This document shows, piece by piece, positions 1-13,400 of a DNA stretch of 64,000 bases. Every line of letters starts with the position of its first letter. Position 1 is the stretch's first letter. This DNA comes from Lingula anatina (taxonomy: Eukaryota > Animalia > Brachiopoda). Under the pieces are notes generated by a model. The model was not told the DNA's origin. It made no database searches and saw nothing but the letters and a program-made list of their open reading frames with translations. The translations under genes were made by a program, and so were the position numbers. Location: the NCBI GenBank assembly GCA_051362555.1, contig CM120642.1, positions 9,052,001-9,116,000 on the forward strand, in the 5' to 3' direction.

Positions 1-565
1 AAGTGCTTTTTAAATAAAACGATATTATTTACCTGGGGACGAGTTTTCAATAACCGGTCACCAAAGTTGAAAAGAACTATGTTTTCACTGTGATTTACTG
101 TGTTGGTTTTAGACCCGGTCGCAAGTGGATTATATTCAAACCTTTTCTTCTCCGTGAAAGATTTTGTAACAACAAGGGAATTAGCGCTTTTCATGTGCCC
201 TTCGCTGTGCGATGAAAAACATTGTGTCCACAATGTTTATTTCAGAGACTTGTTAAGAATGACTCGAGGCATTTTCTTTGTATTACTGCAATGTTTACTG
301 TGGAGAGGTGGTTACAGACCTACACCATTCATGTTGTGACGAAAACTGAAGATACTGAACTCAAATAACGTACAAATTTAATCACTGATATTATTATATA
401 TTTAACGTAAAACACATGGTCTAAACGAGCCGAGAATCAGAGGATTATTCGGAAACACGAAATCCGCTACCTATGAAGTCGAACGGGTAAATTTGAATAC
501 GATTTCGTGAATGAATTTGAATGAAGTTTGACAAATGACGTTGGAGCCGGCTAACTGTCAGAGAA

Positions 566-980
566 ATGTCCAAGCAAACGGAAGCCAAGTTGCTGGGATT
601 CAGCAAGGATTTCATCAAAAGTAAGTATGACGTAATTCGCCAAAGCGTTAGAGGAATTCCAGCTGGAATGACACATATACAACTTGCCACTATATGCACT
701 TGGGTCTGAGGTATTAATATTGAGCACTTTCTCATAAACTACAGGTATTGAAGAAATGTGCCATAAGAGAGACAGCCTTCACAAGGAAATCGTGGCCACA
801 CAGAAGGAGCAGAGAAATATCCAGAGAGACATTGGAGTACTGACGGAGAAACTGTCTCAGATCAGTCAAAGTATGGCGAAAAGAATGGCGGAGAGAAATG
901 CATATGACAGGACGATACAGGAGACCGAAATAGAATATAAAAGGGTTGGTTGATGAAGTATCTCTCTCTCTCTCTTTTTT

Positions 981-1025
<45 letters not shown>

Positions 1026-1273
1026 TTTAAAAGGATTCGGAATGCTACCGAAAATTACTCCAGCTGTTAGGAAAGCAAATAGGTTAATTTAAAATGAGGA
1101 TAATCTCTACACCTTTCTTATAATACACATAAAACCATGCATTTATTATCTCTTTCTTTTTTCAGATAAGAGAAATCTTGCTAAATCCCTTGGCGTACAG
1201 GGAACGACAACTACGAGAAAAACGAGAAGAGAAAATTAACGAGCAGGCGCAAGAGCAGGCTAAAAAGACATGA
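566..1273 (+). CDS. SSNA1: SSNA1/NA14-like coiled-coil microtubule/centrosome protein (divergent), 3 exons: 566-620, 745-944, 1166-1273; possible alternative last exon 1034-1087
   Basis: Spliced product MSKQTEAKLLGFSKDFIKSIEEMCHKRDSLHKEI...LTEKLSQISQSMAKRMAERNAYDRTIQETEIEYKR aligns by eye with SSNA1 (CIEELCQKREEL...[33 protein letters not shown]). GT-AG introns are phase-compatible. Confidence 0.85.
960..1025. repeat. (CT)n microsatellite; other dinucleotide or homopolymer tracts near 6758, 15140, 16012, 17597, 30927, 41467, 41627, 55003, 58999, 62679
   Basis: Directly visible simple repeats. Confidence 0.95.
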
Positions 1274-2872
1274 AATGAGTGATGACATGTTTTCTTCAAG
1301 TTAAAGTCAATACCGCAAATGAATGTACGGTTGGTGCTATTTGTCCTGTACCTTTTCTGATGGCTCCATTTCAACTGAGACACACATGTTGGTGGATATT
1401 TACACTTGCTTATAAAATCATGTCAGATTTAAATCTGCCGGATAAGGTTATGGTTGTAAAACTGACAAAACAAGAAGGTTGCTGTTTTACATTCCAAGTA
1501 TATAATGTGGTAGTAGTACATTGTAGTCAAATGCAAAATGCAATATGATGATGAACACATGAGGCTTTATATATATATAATTTTACATTTATTGGTAATA
1601 TAATGCAATTTTAATTTCAGGCGCTATTTTTGTCACTTATATAAATATTAAACGAATGCTTCATGTAAAATAATGTCATCCAATATGAGTGTATTTACTT
1701 AATTGTTTGTCATCGTTGAATAGTTCTTCAATATCTGGTGTATGAAAATATTATATTGACATCCACAATACCAAAGACGAATATATGCATGTACTAGTAG
1801 AATGCAATTATGCCAGACAATAAAACGTTTTTCATAAGTTCATTAAAAACGATTTCAATAAACCTTAACAATATTGTTTTTCTTTTTGTTTGTTAACAGT
1901 AATGACTTAAAGAAAATAATCTTGAAAGATAAGTGAAAGCGAAAAAGTAATGAGTTTGATTTATTGGTGTTATTTAATGAACAAATAAAAAGAAAGACCC
2001 GTTGGTGCAATACGATGTGTTTTAACAATATTGCAAGTATTGGCATAGATTAGTCGTTGTCTGTCAAAATAAAAAAAGTGTGTATAGTTTATTCTACGGA
2101 GTCACAGATGCGTTCATCAGAAATAGCAAAATCCCGTTTGGCTTTCTTAACCCAGTAACATTCAGAAATCTCTTTTATCAAAGATATTGTGCTTTTTACC
2201 AAAGCTTTACCCTCATCATTGATTCTGTCTGCTACCCACCAATATATACTTACGGGGAGTATAGTTTGAATCTCTCTAAACAGATTCTCAGCACAACAAA
2301 TTAATTCTGTAAATGATTTTATTACATTAGGCTAAATTGTATAAAATATAATAGTGCATATAATGCATTTAACCCAGATGACTACCTAAACTTTGAAATC
2401 CCATCACTTTATCAAAATCTGAGCATTGATGTAATGTAAAATGTATAATGGAAATTTTATAAATGTACAAAGTTTTCCAACATCAGGTTCAAATAAATAT
2501 TCACATCAAAAGTATTTTAGATTACAGAATTGCTATTTCACTTACATGTATGTCAAACAGTTATACAAAAGTAAAATAATACCTTCATACAAAACACTTT
2601 TTTAAGTTATTAAATTCAAATTTCATTAATGTATTTGAATTTTGTCAGGTATTTGACATCATTAATGCTAACTGATATGATGTGCTCTGCAAATATACAT
2701 GTACTTGAGTATTTTGTTTGATATTGCCCTATGAACAATAGGATATACCGATATACTAGAGGAACTGAAAGTCAAGTATATTTGATATACTGTAGTCACC
2801 CATAAATAATGCTGGTAAAGCTGCATAGAAACCATCAGTCATACCAAACTAAAATTTCTTAATTCCATCGAG

Positions 2873-5800
2873 TTAATCAACAGCACTTTCAGATTCAGTA
2901 AACGAATCATAACTGTCCTTCATTGTGTCATACATAGTGCTATGCGGTGTCCCATTTGGAATAGGACTAATATTGCCATTCAGTCTGTAAGTCCCCATCC
3001 TGTCCTCCGCCTCATCATCGTCGTAACTTAGCCTGGAGATGTCGTCCCTGTCGTGTGGCGCATGACCATTAGCTAATGTTGAGGTGAGACCCTTCACTTT
3101 GTGATTGATCCGCGTGTTCATATAGTCCCAAAGTACCTTGTGGCAGAATTTATATTGCGTCTGAAAAAGAAAAGCATATTTGCTTCACTTATTTAGTCCA
3201 TCTTCATTGGTGTTTATGAAGTTCCTGTTACAATCAGATCACTTACAAAATAAATAATTACCTTAGTACCTTAATTCGGAACTTTTCACTTACCAAATTT
3301 CCGACAACTTGCGACCGGCGTCTCTTAATATGTTTAACAGTGTGGAAGACGTCAACTTCACCGTCAATTCTCATCTTCTCACACAGGCACATCACTGAAA
3401 CAAAAAGGCCACTATGCGAAGCGCCGTCTATGCAGTGTATCAGCACGCGCTTTGGATCATCTGCTTCTTTCAGCCATTCTTCAGCCATATCTAAGAGAGA
3501 CATAAAGGAGTCTGTGTTTGTTGGAACGTGCTGTTTCATTGGCCATTCATCAATCTGAATGTGACGTATGACTCTCGATTTTTCATGAGCACGCGAGACG
3601 TTGTGAAATTTCAGATCTCTTATAGTCACGTGTTGGGGAGATTCGTCTACGTTTGTTAACTGTACTTGGAATATGTCAAATTTGACCGGCTCTGACGTGT
3701 GAGGTGGAAGATATTCCCCGCATGAATCGTCCTGCAAGGCTCTGTCATCAAGCATCAGTATCAGCGACACCTGATAGTCATACACTAGTTTCCAAAAATC
3801 GGTGACTGTGTGGACCATAGGGGACTGGGTTAAAATAAACTGATTGTGCCTCGTATAGCTGTCAATAAATATGGCATTAATATAGTCACTTGTATTTGAC
3901 CCGCCGTGTGTTAAAATACGTGGTCGAAACCTATCTACAGGCATGATACTAATGTATCTGTTCTTCTCCCTGTTTTCCACACTGAGACCCGAACAATCGT
4001 CCGTTTTCGAATCTGGTGTAAATCTTTGCAACGTTTGGAACTGTTCATCGAAATACGACTTGGTCGTACTTGGATTAATCTGTGAGAGTGCTTTGTACTT
4101 TTTGCGAAGGTTAAAACTGACGTAAGGCTCTTCGACTATGAGCTTCTCCATCAGCGCGTCGTAAATGTACATATATTGCTTTAAAGTTCTAATCATATGT
4201 ACCCTGTTTTTACGCATTTCGTTAGCAAATTTCCAAACGTTGACTTTCTTTTCCATCTCAGCCTGTTTGGTTAGTGCGTCTATTGCAATAAACGTCGCCG
4301 TCCGACTCACTCCAGTTCCACAATGCACCAAAAGGGGACCGTCTTGCGCGTGTGTGTCGGCCTTCACCCTGTGATGAAATTCCAGAAATGGTATTGGATC
4401 CTCTGGGCAGCCGTGGTCCGGCCACGAGGTGAAATGGTACTGGCTGACATGCTTGATTTCTTTCTCTTGTACAAATAATTGGAATTTCCGTACGGTAAAA
4501 TGTGCAAAATCGGTAGATTCCACTATTCGAACGTGTATCTTTCCGTACTTGAGATTTCCTTCATTTGGCCAATATTGCTCGCACTTTGGCACCCCGTCTT
4601 CTATGGGTCTGGTAACCATTACAATTTGACTCACATTCTCTTGCAATATCATGCGCCAGAAATCCACCACTGTTTCATCAGTAAATGGACTCTGTGCCGC
4701 TATGAACGCTTTTCTCTTTTTGTACCCATCAATGAAATTGGCATTGATATAATCTGTAATACCACTCTCTACGTCTCTAAGCACAACTCTGCTGTGCTCA
4801 TATGCAAGGATCTTGCTGCAATGGTTCTTGTTTATGTTTTCTGGACGTTCAGCCGTGTGACACGGAAACTGCTGCCCCTGTGGTAGCTTATAGTACTCTT
4901 GCTCTATGGAAATTGGCGGTCGGTCACGTAAACGACCGATGCTGATATCAGCAGGGTTTTCTTTAGTCATTAAAACATATCTAGACTCCTCGAGATCGAA
5001 AGTTTCGTTCCATATACCATACACCTTTTCTTCCCCCATGAAGTTGTTCTTATAGTAACCAACCCACTCTGGTTCGTAATTTTTCTTGGCATTTCTTTGT
5101 TTACGGAACCACCACAAGGCAATTATCATGGCGGCAATAAGAACCAGGACAGCTAAAATGGCCACAACCACGTACACCACCACACCGCCATCACCACCGC
5201 TGCCACTCTGCCCTGTGGAAATGCTTCCTTTCGTTGTCGCAGGCTCGCTCAAGGCAGCAAAAGAAGCCTTGGTTGCTCCATCTAGGGAGCTTATAACTAT
5301 GAACCTCACGTTATAGCGAGTCCCAGGTTCTAGCACGCTGTTGTTATACCCATTTCTGACAGTCCCCGATCCAATCTTGAAATTTATTTCTGACTTTCCT
5401 GCAAAATCTAATGTCTCTATTTTAACCACACTGTTTCCTGGGATATCCTCGACGGTTGCTCTCTTTTTACGGCGGCCCACAAGCTTTTCTACTTTCACAA
5501 GGTAATGAGACAACGGTCCGGTGGTTATAAGAACCGGTTTAAGAGTCACAATCATCGACGTTTCTTCCGTAGACACAACCTCCGGAGGACTCGGGGCTTC
5601 AGGGTCGCCGATTAGGGTGAAAAAGGTTTCTCCAACACCGGCACCGTAACCCTTGCTGGTGCGGGCTTCAAGGGTTATTTCGTAGGCAGCGGCCATGACA
5701 AGACTGCATATGGCACGTGTTGTCATAGCCCCGGGTACATCTACTGATTCTTCCTGTACTGATCCCACGTTGCTAAAAAATCGAGTTGCCTTGTAGGTAA

Positions 5801-6755
5801 GCTGAAAAGGAAATAACCCATTTACCTTCATAATCTACAGGCACAGGTTAAACTTGATATTTATATCCAACTACCAGTATGGGCTGTCACGGTTGCTCGA
5901 AATTCAATCATATAATCATATATTCAGCTTGTCAAACTGATGAAAAAGAACCACATCTTTGCATTGCCACCAAATGACAAAACAACTATGTTGAAAGCTT
6001 GCACTTCTACCGTGACATCAGAAAGAGTAGATTTTTTTTAATGTGGTGGGTTAGTTGTTTCGTTTTGTTTTCTTTCTGTTTACTTCATTGAAATTGTGAG
6101 ATCGCCGCTTAGAAATATAAACAAAAAGAAAAAATGATTTTAAAATAAAACAAATACAGAACTCACTTTATAAGATGTTATAATTCCATTCGGCGAACCT
6201 GGTGGTTGCCACTTTAACCATAGGCAAGTCTCGTTTCTGTTCTGGCGGGAAAGAGGGCCTGGCTTGGATGGCACGTCCTCGTCTGTCACCTTGGTGAGGA
6301 TGGAAAAGGGACCCAAGACAGCGTTTGTTCTAGCTCGAAGCTAAAATCAGCAAACACAATTTGGTGTAAATTTTTTTCACCTAATTCTAAATTCTTTTCG
6401 TTCAGTTTGAGTAATTTACCGCGATTTAAGGTGTATGGTGTGCTGTAGTACTTTTCTGTATTTCATTAGACTTCAAACTTTCTTACAAATTTAAGCGAAA
6501 CAGTATGGTTGATGAAATAGAAAAATGTCAAAAACAGTAAATACCACGAAAAGCAATACACAATAACTAAACAAAGCATATTAACAGGAACAAAGCATTC
6601 AAAATTAATTTTTTGAGATTGCCAGAATATTCATTGGAACTTAGATGATAATGAAGCGGGCAATGTAGAAGAGAGCAGCCGAAAGTCATGAGAAAAAGAC
6701 ACATCACCATCACAGCACTGTATGTCCAAAGAGAGAATTTCAAAAGTCATAGGCT

Positions 6756-6796
<41 letters not shown>

Positions 6797-7403
6797 CTTA
6801 AAACTTCATTACCATCAACGTGTAAGTGGTGTAAGGAAGCAGGCCAGTTAACAGAAACGATCCTCCGACAGGAACAGATTTATTGTAGACCACTCCAGGT
6901 TCTGCAGTAGAATTGTACCACAGCTCGTACTCAGTGGCCCCGGGGACGTCGTTCCACGTCAGACTGATGTCGTTGGCAGTCACTGTGGGAGCCGCCAGAC
7001 CTGTGGGAGCTGTGGCAACTGAATAAAAGGAAAAATAATATTCCATCATTTTCTATTTTCACGTGCATGTTGAAGTGTGGATGCACAAACTATATTTTAC
7101 ACATTAAATAAATTGTTGCATGACCCTTGCAGGCTTTGCAAAATTACACTTTAATCTAAATAAAGAAATATTTTAAAATGCATTTAAGTTTATGATAAAT
7201 ATTTCAAGTTCACTGTGTAATTCTTTATACTCAGCTTTTACACTTAATTATGCATATTGCTCTCAGTGAGGTTACAAATGTTAAGGCCCACTCCAGACAG
7301 AAATAGATAGACTGATATATATAGATACACAAACATTAATTTAGATATGGACAGTCCTTACCTCCCTCTGTAGTTACGACATTTGCTGTCGTGGTTATTG
7401 GCG

Positions 7404-7437
<34 letters not shown>

Positions 7438-10400
7438 AGTCACCGGTGTGGTAGCTGTAGTAGTCGGAGTAGTTGATACAGCCAAAGTTGTTGTCGGCGT
7501 GTCTGACAAGGTCAAAACAGGTGCTTCCAAGTCAGAATAGGCTATCTTGGTCACACCGTCCAAGGAACTCACCACCGCAAAATACACGTTATAAATCGTA
7601 CTGGCCTTCAGCGACGGGTTAGCATATCCACCATTTGTTGCATTGTCTCCGACCGTAAAAGTGGTTTCCAAATTATTTGGTTCAAACCGGGCCACTATAT
7701 TCCCAGGCAGGTCGTTCAGCCCTAACGCCCTTCGTCGCCGCCGTCGCCCAACGTTCCCCTGTAGTCTCAGTACGGAAACGAGGTAATACGAGAGCGGGCC
7801 AGTCGTAAGGATAACAGGTTGTAGTAACACGGTGATTGTTGAAGTGGTGTAGGACTGGACTGTTGGTATTGCGGGGGCAGCGGGATCACCTATGTAATAT
7901 AAGATAATATTACAAATTAAAGAAATCGCCAGGTTCGTTAATTATTGCGTTGTTAAAGGATAACTGAAAACTCATACCTAAGTTGTTTCGGTTTTTTTAT
8001 AAATATGCCAGTATTAAAAGTGAAAAAAGTCTTTTAGTTTACCTTTTTTCGAGATCAGTTCAACATATCAATACCTTCTTACATCGGTACTCATATATTG
8101 TAAAGTTCAAATCAAATATATTATTTTCTCTTTACTTTAAGTTGCAAATGGACTAGTTTATTCACCAATGATTGTCATGAAGGTCTTTGTCAATCCCTGA
8201 CCAAAGCCTTTGCTGGTGGCGGCAGACACGGTGATCTCATACTGGGTACTAAGGCGTAGCAGGCATAACGTGTGCGATGACCTGTTGGCGGGAACCTCTA
8301 AAGTGCCTGTCTCTGGAACCTGGTCTTGGCCTGTGCTATAGGATAGGCCTTGTTGGTAATGTATCTAAAATAAGTCAGATAATGTAAGTTACTTATTAAA
8401 CGTTTAAGTTAAAACACAAAAGAGGTTGTGCCAGGTGGTTTTCACCAATAACCGTAAAAGTCAACATTCACCTTGTAAATTCAATGTATATGAAATAAGG
8501 GCGTCCGAGGAAGTGTATCTTATGAAACGTGTGCGTGTGTTTGATAAAACGCCATGGGAAAGTATGTACGTATCCTTCATGTATAGAAGCATTGGGCCTA
8601 CTTTTGTATATATTCTTATCAACATTATTATTTCCTTTTAATATTATTATAAATGAAACTTTTGTAAACTTCATTGTGCCTACATGTATGTACTTTCCAT
8701 AAGTGAAACGGCTAAATGCAAACATTGAAGTTGGAACTTCCTTGATGTCACACCCTTAATGGACCAATGAACTCTTCTTAATTTCTGGTTAATACCACAG
8801 TATTAATTAAAATAAGGCGACCGGCTCTTACCCTGTATGTACGAATCACCCCGTTCGGCACCACAGGCGTTCCCCAGTTCACTGTGAGGCAAGACTCATT
8901 GCGGGTTATGAGAACCAGTGACGCGGGCGCGGAAGGAACACTCTCATCTGTGCGTGCTGATAAATGTGCACTTTCAGGGCCCCAGCCTACAGACGTCCGT
9001 GCTGCCACCTAGAGAGAGAAAAATAATAATAAATAAATAAATAAATAAATAAATATATAAATAAAGAGATAAATAAATAAATAAGTGAGCTGCCGAGCAC
9101 GCCAGTACACATTCTATCAGTGAGTGAGGTCAGTCTCCGAGTGAGTGGGTAAGAATATGTGCATAAGAAGATAAAACGAATTAAGGAAGAAATAAATGGG
9201 TGAATGAATAAAATAATAAATTAATTCATTCATTAATGAATGGTAACCGCAAATTAATAAATGCAACCATAAAGAATCTCACCGATATGTTATACACGGT
9301 ATACGGATTCAGGTTTAATAACTCGGCCTGGTTAGTCTGCCCCTGTGGTGCCAACAACCTGGTGATCAGAGCCCCGGACCTGTCAGATGTGGCCCTGTAG
9401 GTCACTCTGTACTGTAGTAATATCCCGTTAGGGGACTGTGGTGCCTGCCACCCTATCAGCACAGATGTGTTGCCGGCTGCTTGCAAGGCGAGGCTCCGAG
9501 GTGATGATGGCACTGAAGTGAACCGGGTATAGTTCTTACATAGGAGTTTTTCTTTCTTTTTTTTCTTTTCTTTCTTTGAAATTCCATCTTTTTTTTTTTT
9601 TTCAGCGTTTGTACTTTTTACATAATTACACCAAATGCATAGCGTCATACTTACTTACAATTTTTTTCATTCATAACACATTGTTAACACTAACTTAAGA
9701 AATGTCCATTAACAGCAGCAGTCTAAGGAATCAGATGACTTACCGTCCTCTGAAGTAGAAAAATTATACAGCTCGTTCAACGGACCTACGCCCACTTCGT
9801 TCATCAAGGCCACCCTTGCCGCATACGTGGTATAAGGCTCTAATCCCTCCACCGTGAATGACGTCAAAGTGACGTTTACGGAGCGTATCAGGTACATTTG
9901 TCTGTAGAGGGATAGCTGGTATTGCTGGACATACCCCAAGAAGTATCGACAGGCTGGAGATGCCCATTGTATCGTAACCGAGGTTGGATGGGTGTCGGAT
10001 GACGTAAGACCTTGGACTCTGGTGACGGGAACTAATTTGTAAATAACAATAACCATAAAGATAGAAAAACGTTAATAATGAAAGAAAAAAAACATAGCAT
10101 ATTTTTAACAATTCCCCCGCTCATACACAGTAGTGCGAACTGTGAATGTTTTAAATTGCCACCAGTATAAAGCTCACCATCAATTCTCAAAATATGAATT
10201 AAGTCAACCATACTCAAACAAAGCGTTTGTCTCACTCAGGGTACTCTAACGTTTATGAGCTCATATGCAAAACATATAAAAATATTACCACACTATGGCC
10301 CCTGCCTCTTCTCAATTCTTATGTCTCAAAACTTTCCAAAACACTCACCGTCCGCTGAGGTCACGACGCTTACTATCCGGTCAACGCTAGTCCCTATTCT

Positions 10401-13400
10401 GTTTGCCGATGTGACCACTATCCTGTACGCTGTCCACGTGGCCAGTCCTTGGATACGGTATGACGTAGTGGGCGCTGATACAGTGACCGTCTCTGGTGGG
10501 GCGTTGGTGGTGGGAGACTCCGTGCAGTTGCCGTATCCGCTTATCTGAAGTGCAACATCCATTTTCTTAAAAATCTGAAAATGCTTGTTCATGCTTGTTC
10601 ATAATACACACTATAATATATTGTATGGTAAATTGTAGTTTTTTTATCCTTTAAAGCAAAATTTGTCCTAACATTGGCGTATCCAGGCTTTGCCTGAGAG
10701 TTGATGGGGGGGGAGTGGAGGGTGCAGGAACCAACCAACCCTGGATATGCTAGTGTAAAAAGATAAATAAAAAAACAAATGTCAAGACATTTGTGCGCAT
10801 TGCAACGGACTTTTAGCACATACCGGAGGTATGCTGGAATGCTAATATAAATGTTCTTTCCCATCTTCTTGTAGCTTGCGATTTGACCCCTTTCATTGTT
10901 GTATTCGCTTATACACCTGCAGAAGACAACCAAGCATGACAGGTGTGCTTTCTTTACGCCGTAAACAAAGTCCGGAATTCAATCCGTGAAATTCGATCAC
11001 TGATATAGTAGTTTCTTTTAGAGCTTGAAAAGTATTATCCCATTACACCCTTTTCACATCTTTTCCTCACTGCAGATATATGGCAAAATAAACAGGGGCC
11101 TAACAAAGACAAAACATAAACTACAGTACCAAATAGACTGGCGTAATTTATAAAATAATAATCAGGTATGCTAAATTCATTATGCTATATCAACTTTTTA
11201 CACATCTAAGCTTGGACACATTACGGGTCCAAGATGTAACCTTCTGTCGTGTACTGAAAGCATTCTAATAGTGCAATTTGGGGTAAGCCAAGTTCTCATA
11301 TTGAAAAGTAAAAATTAGCCGCAATGATGATTTCCTGCAGGGTCACGTCTGTCTTCGTGCCATAAGAGCACAATATGTATTAATAAGCTTATATTTACTC
11401 TATCCTTTGTGCTTCCATCACACACTATATGCCTTTCATAAGCAATGCAATGTCACCGCCGAGGTGAATATTTAAACGCAGATCTTATAAGGAAAAAATT
11501 TCCCATCATTTCAAATGATGGGATACTTTAACAATACTTTAACAATTTTGCATGCTAACTAAACATTTTTTTACAAAATATTTTGACTCATAGCTTGTAT
11601 CGCTGGAGTGTCAACATGGCAAGAACAGATCTATAGATCATTTATAGCACTGTGATGTTATAACATACGTGTAAAGTTGGAGGTCACATGCGTGTCGCAC
11701 ATGCATTCTGATACTTTTCCATGGGCGTGACCACGTCTAAACGTGGCTGAAACCCTTATGACCTTACCGCTGGTCATGCCACCTGTACTGTATCAACGGT
11801 CACCTACCTGGTATGAAATCCTGTAACTCTCCACGAGGAAGGCACTGGAGGGAGCTGACCAGTTCACCAGGACGCTGTCCGAGGACACCGCCGTGGCTTG
11901 GAGAGAAGTCACAGGTTGGGGAACTGAAAAGTAAATGGTGCCTGCTTGAGAATGGACCCTGGCTGTGATCGAGGCTATTAGCACAAGCCGTAGCGACAAG
12001 GGACACATTTTTATACTACCGAAACCTTCCTGAATAAACCGGCTCCCCAGGGCAGCACTTTGACGTCAACTGATCATATTATATCCACGCATTCCATCAG
12101 CAATACCTTTTTCGTGTTCGAAATTTTAATGTATGAAAGATCTCCCACTAATAATATAAAACGAGAATCTCGTAGGAGATCAAAGGTTTCCAATTTGAAA
12201 AACCGCTGAACCTGTCGGGTTGTTTTTGACCATGTCCCCTTATCTAAATAATTTGTCGTCCCACGGTCATAGCTCTTCAATTGACAAAATAAGCAAGAGC
12301 GCGAGCTTTATCCAATGAGCTATGCGCGGCCTTTTAACAACAGAGAAGCGGAATAATAGCCCTACTTCAGTATGAACTCATATGCTCTTTACCTGTTTAC
12401 AAAACACGGGCATGCGGAGCAAAATTATAGTGTCATACACAGACAACACAACGTGCTTACGAAATTTCTTTGTGGTCTTTGGCTTAAGATACCTATAATC
12501 CATTGCCATTAAAAAACTGACAGGTAGAAGGGAAGACATTTTTAAAGCTCGACATACATTATACAAAAGAATTCGGAACGAGTAAATACAGGCATATTTG
12601 TCAACATCTCAATAAGCGCATCAACAGCCCAATCTTATGCATCTAATGCTACTAGTATTTGAATCTTTAACAAAATTCTGCTTCATTATAATAGCATTAT
12701 AAATGATTTGCCATCATGGTGAAAATATTAGTACGTACTTCTATCTGAGAAAAAAAGTAGAATGTGAAAACATAGATGTTTGTGTAAGTAAAAGCAAAGT
12801 AAAAAAAAAGTATGGTGCCATATATTTGTATGGCATTTACAATAACTAAGACGTAAAACATGAAGAACACAAACATAAAGCAATGATAATAACGAAACAG
12901 ATACAAATAACTGATAAAATACGTAAGAGTTCAAGAGAAGTTCGCTGATTTACCTGAATACATGTAGTACATGGAGATGTGTTTACATGCTAGTATCTAA
13001 TAACAATATTTTAATGTTGCAAAGCGGCCATTTAAGGTTATACAAGTTTGCCTAAATTCACTTTTATCAATGAAGGAGAGCGTGCAATACTTATCCAAAT
13101 AACGTTAAATATCAAATTTCAGTTTATCATGGAATAGGTTTTTCTTAAACATAGGCGCAATGCAACATTAGAGCCTAGGAAGAAAATCATCAAATGTGTT
13201 AACTACAAATTCGAACACTGGTATTTGATCATTTTCACTAAAAAACAAACAAAAAGTCAATCTAAATTTTCTTGAAAAGAGAACGGAACGGCTAGACGTG
13301 ACAGAGACAGGCATAAACCAACGTTTGGTGTAAGATTAAAGGCAAGTGGCGCAGAAATCACACTCTGGAGAGATGAACGAAATAACAATGAGACAAGTGT

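Noticed and set aside
3340-5316. Several + strand ORFs over the PTP exon
   Set aside because: Antisense shadows of a real coding exon, with no recognisable motifs.
12378-12566. Minus-strand ORF ending at a donor-like CAG|GTAAAG inside an RPTP intron
   Set aside because: Phase 0 is incompatible with the next exon (phase 1) and there is no signal peptide; at most a non-coding exon.
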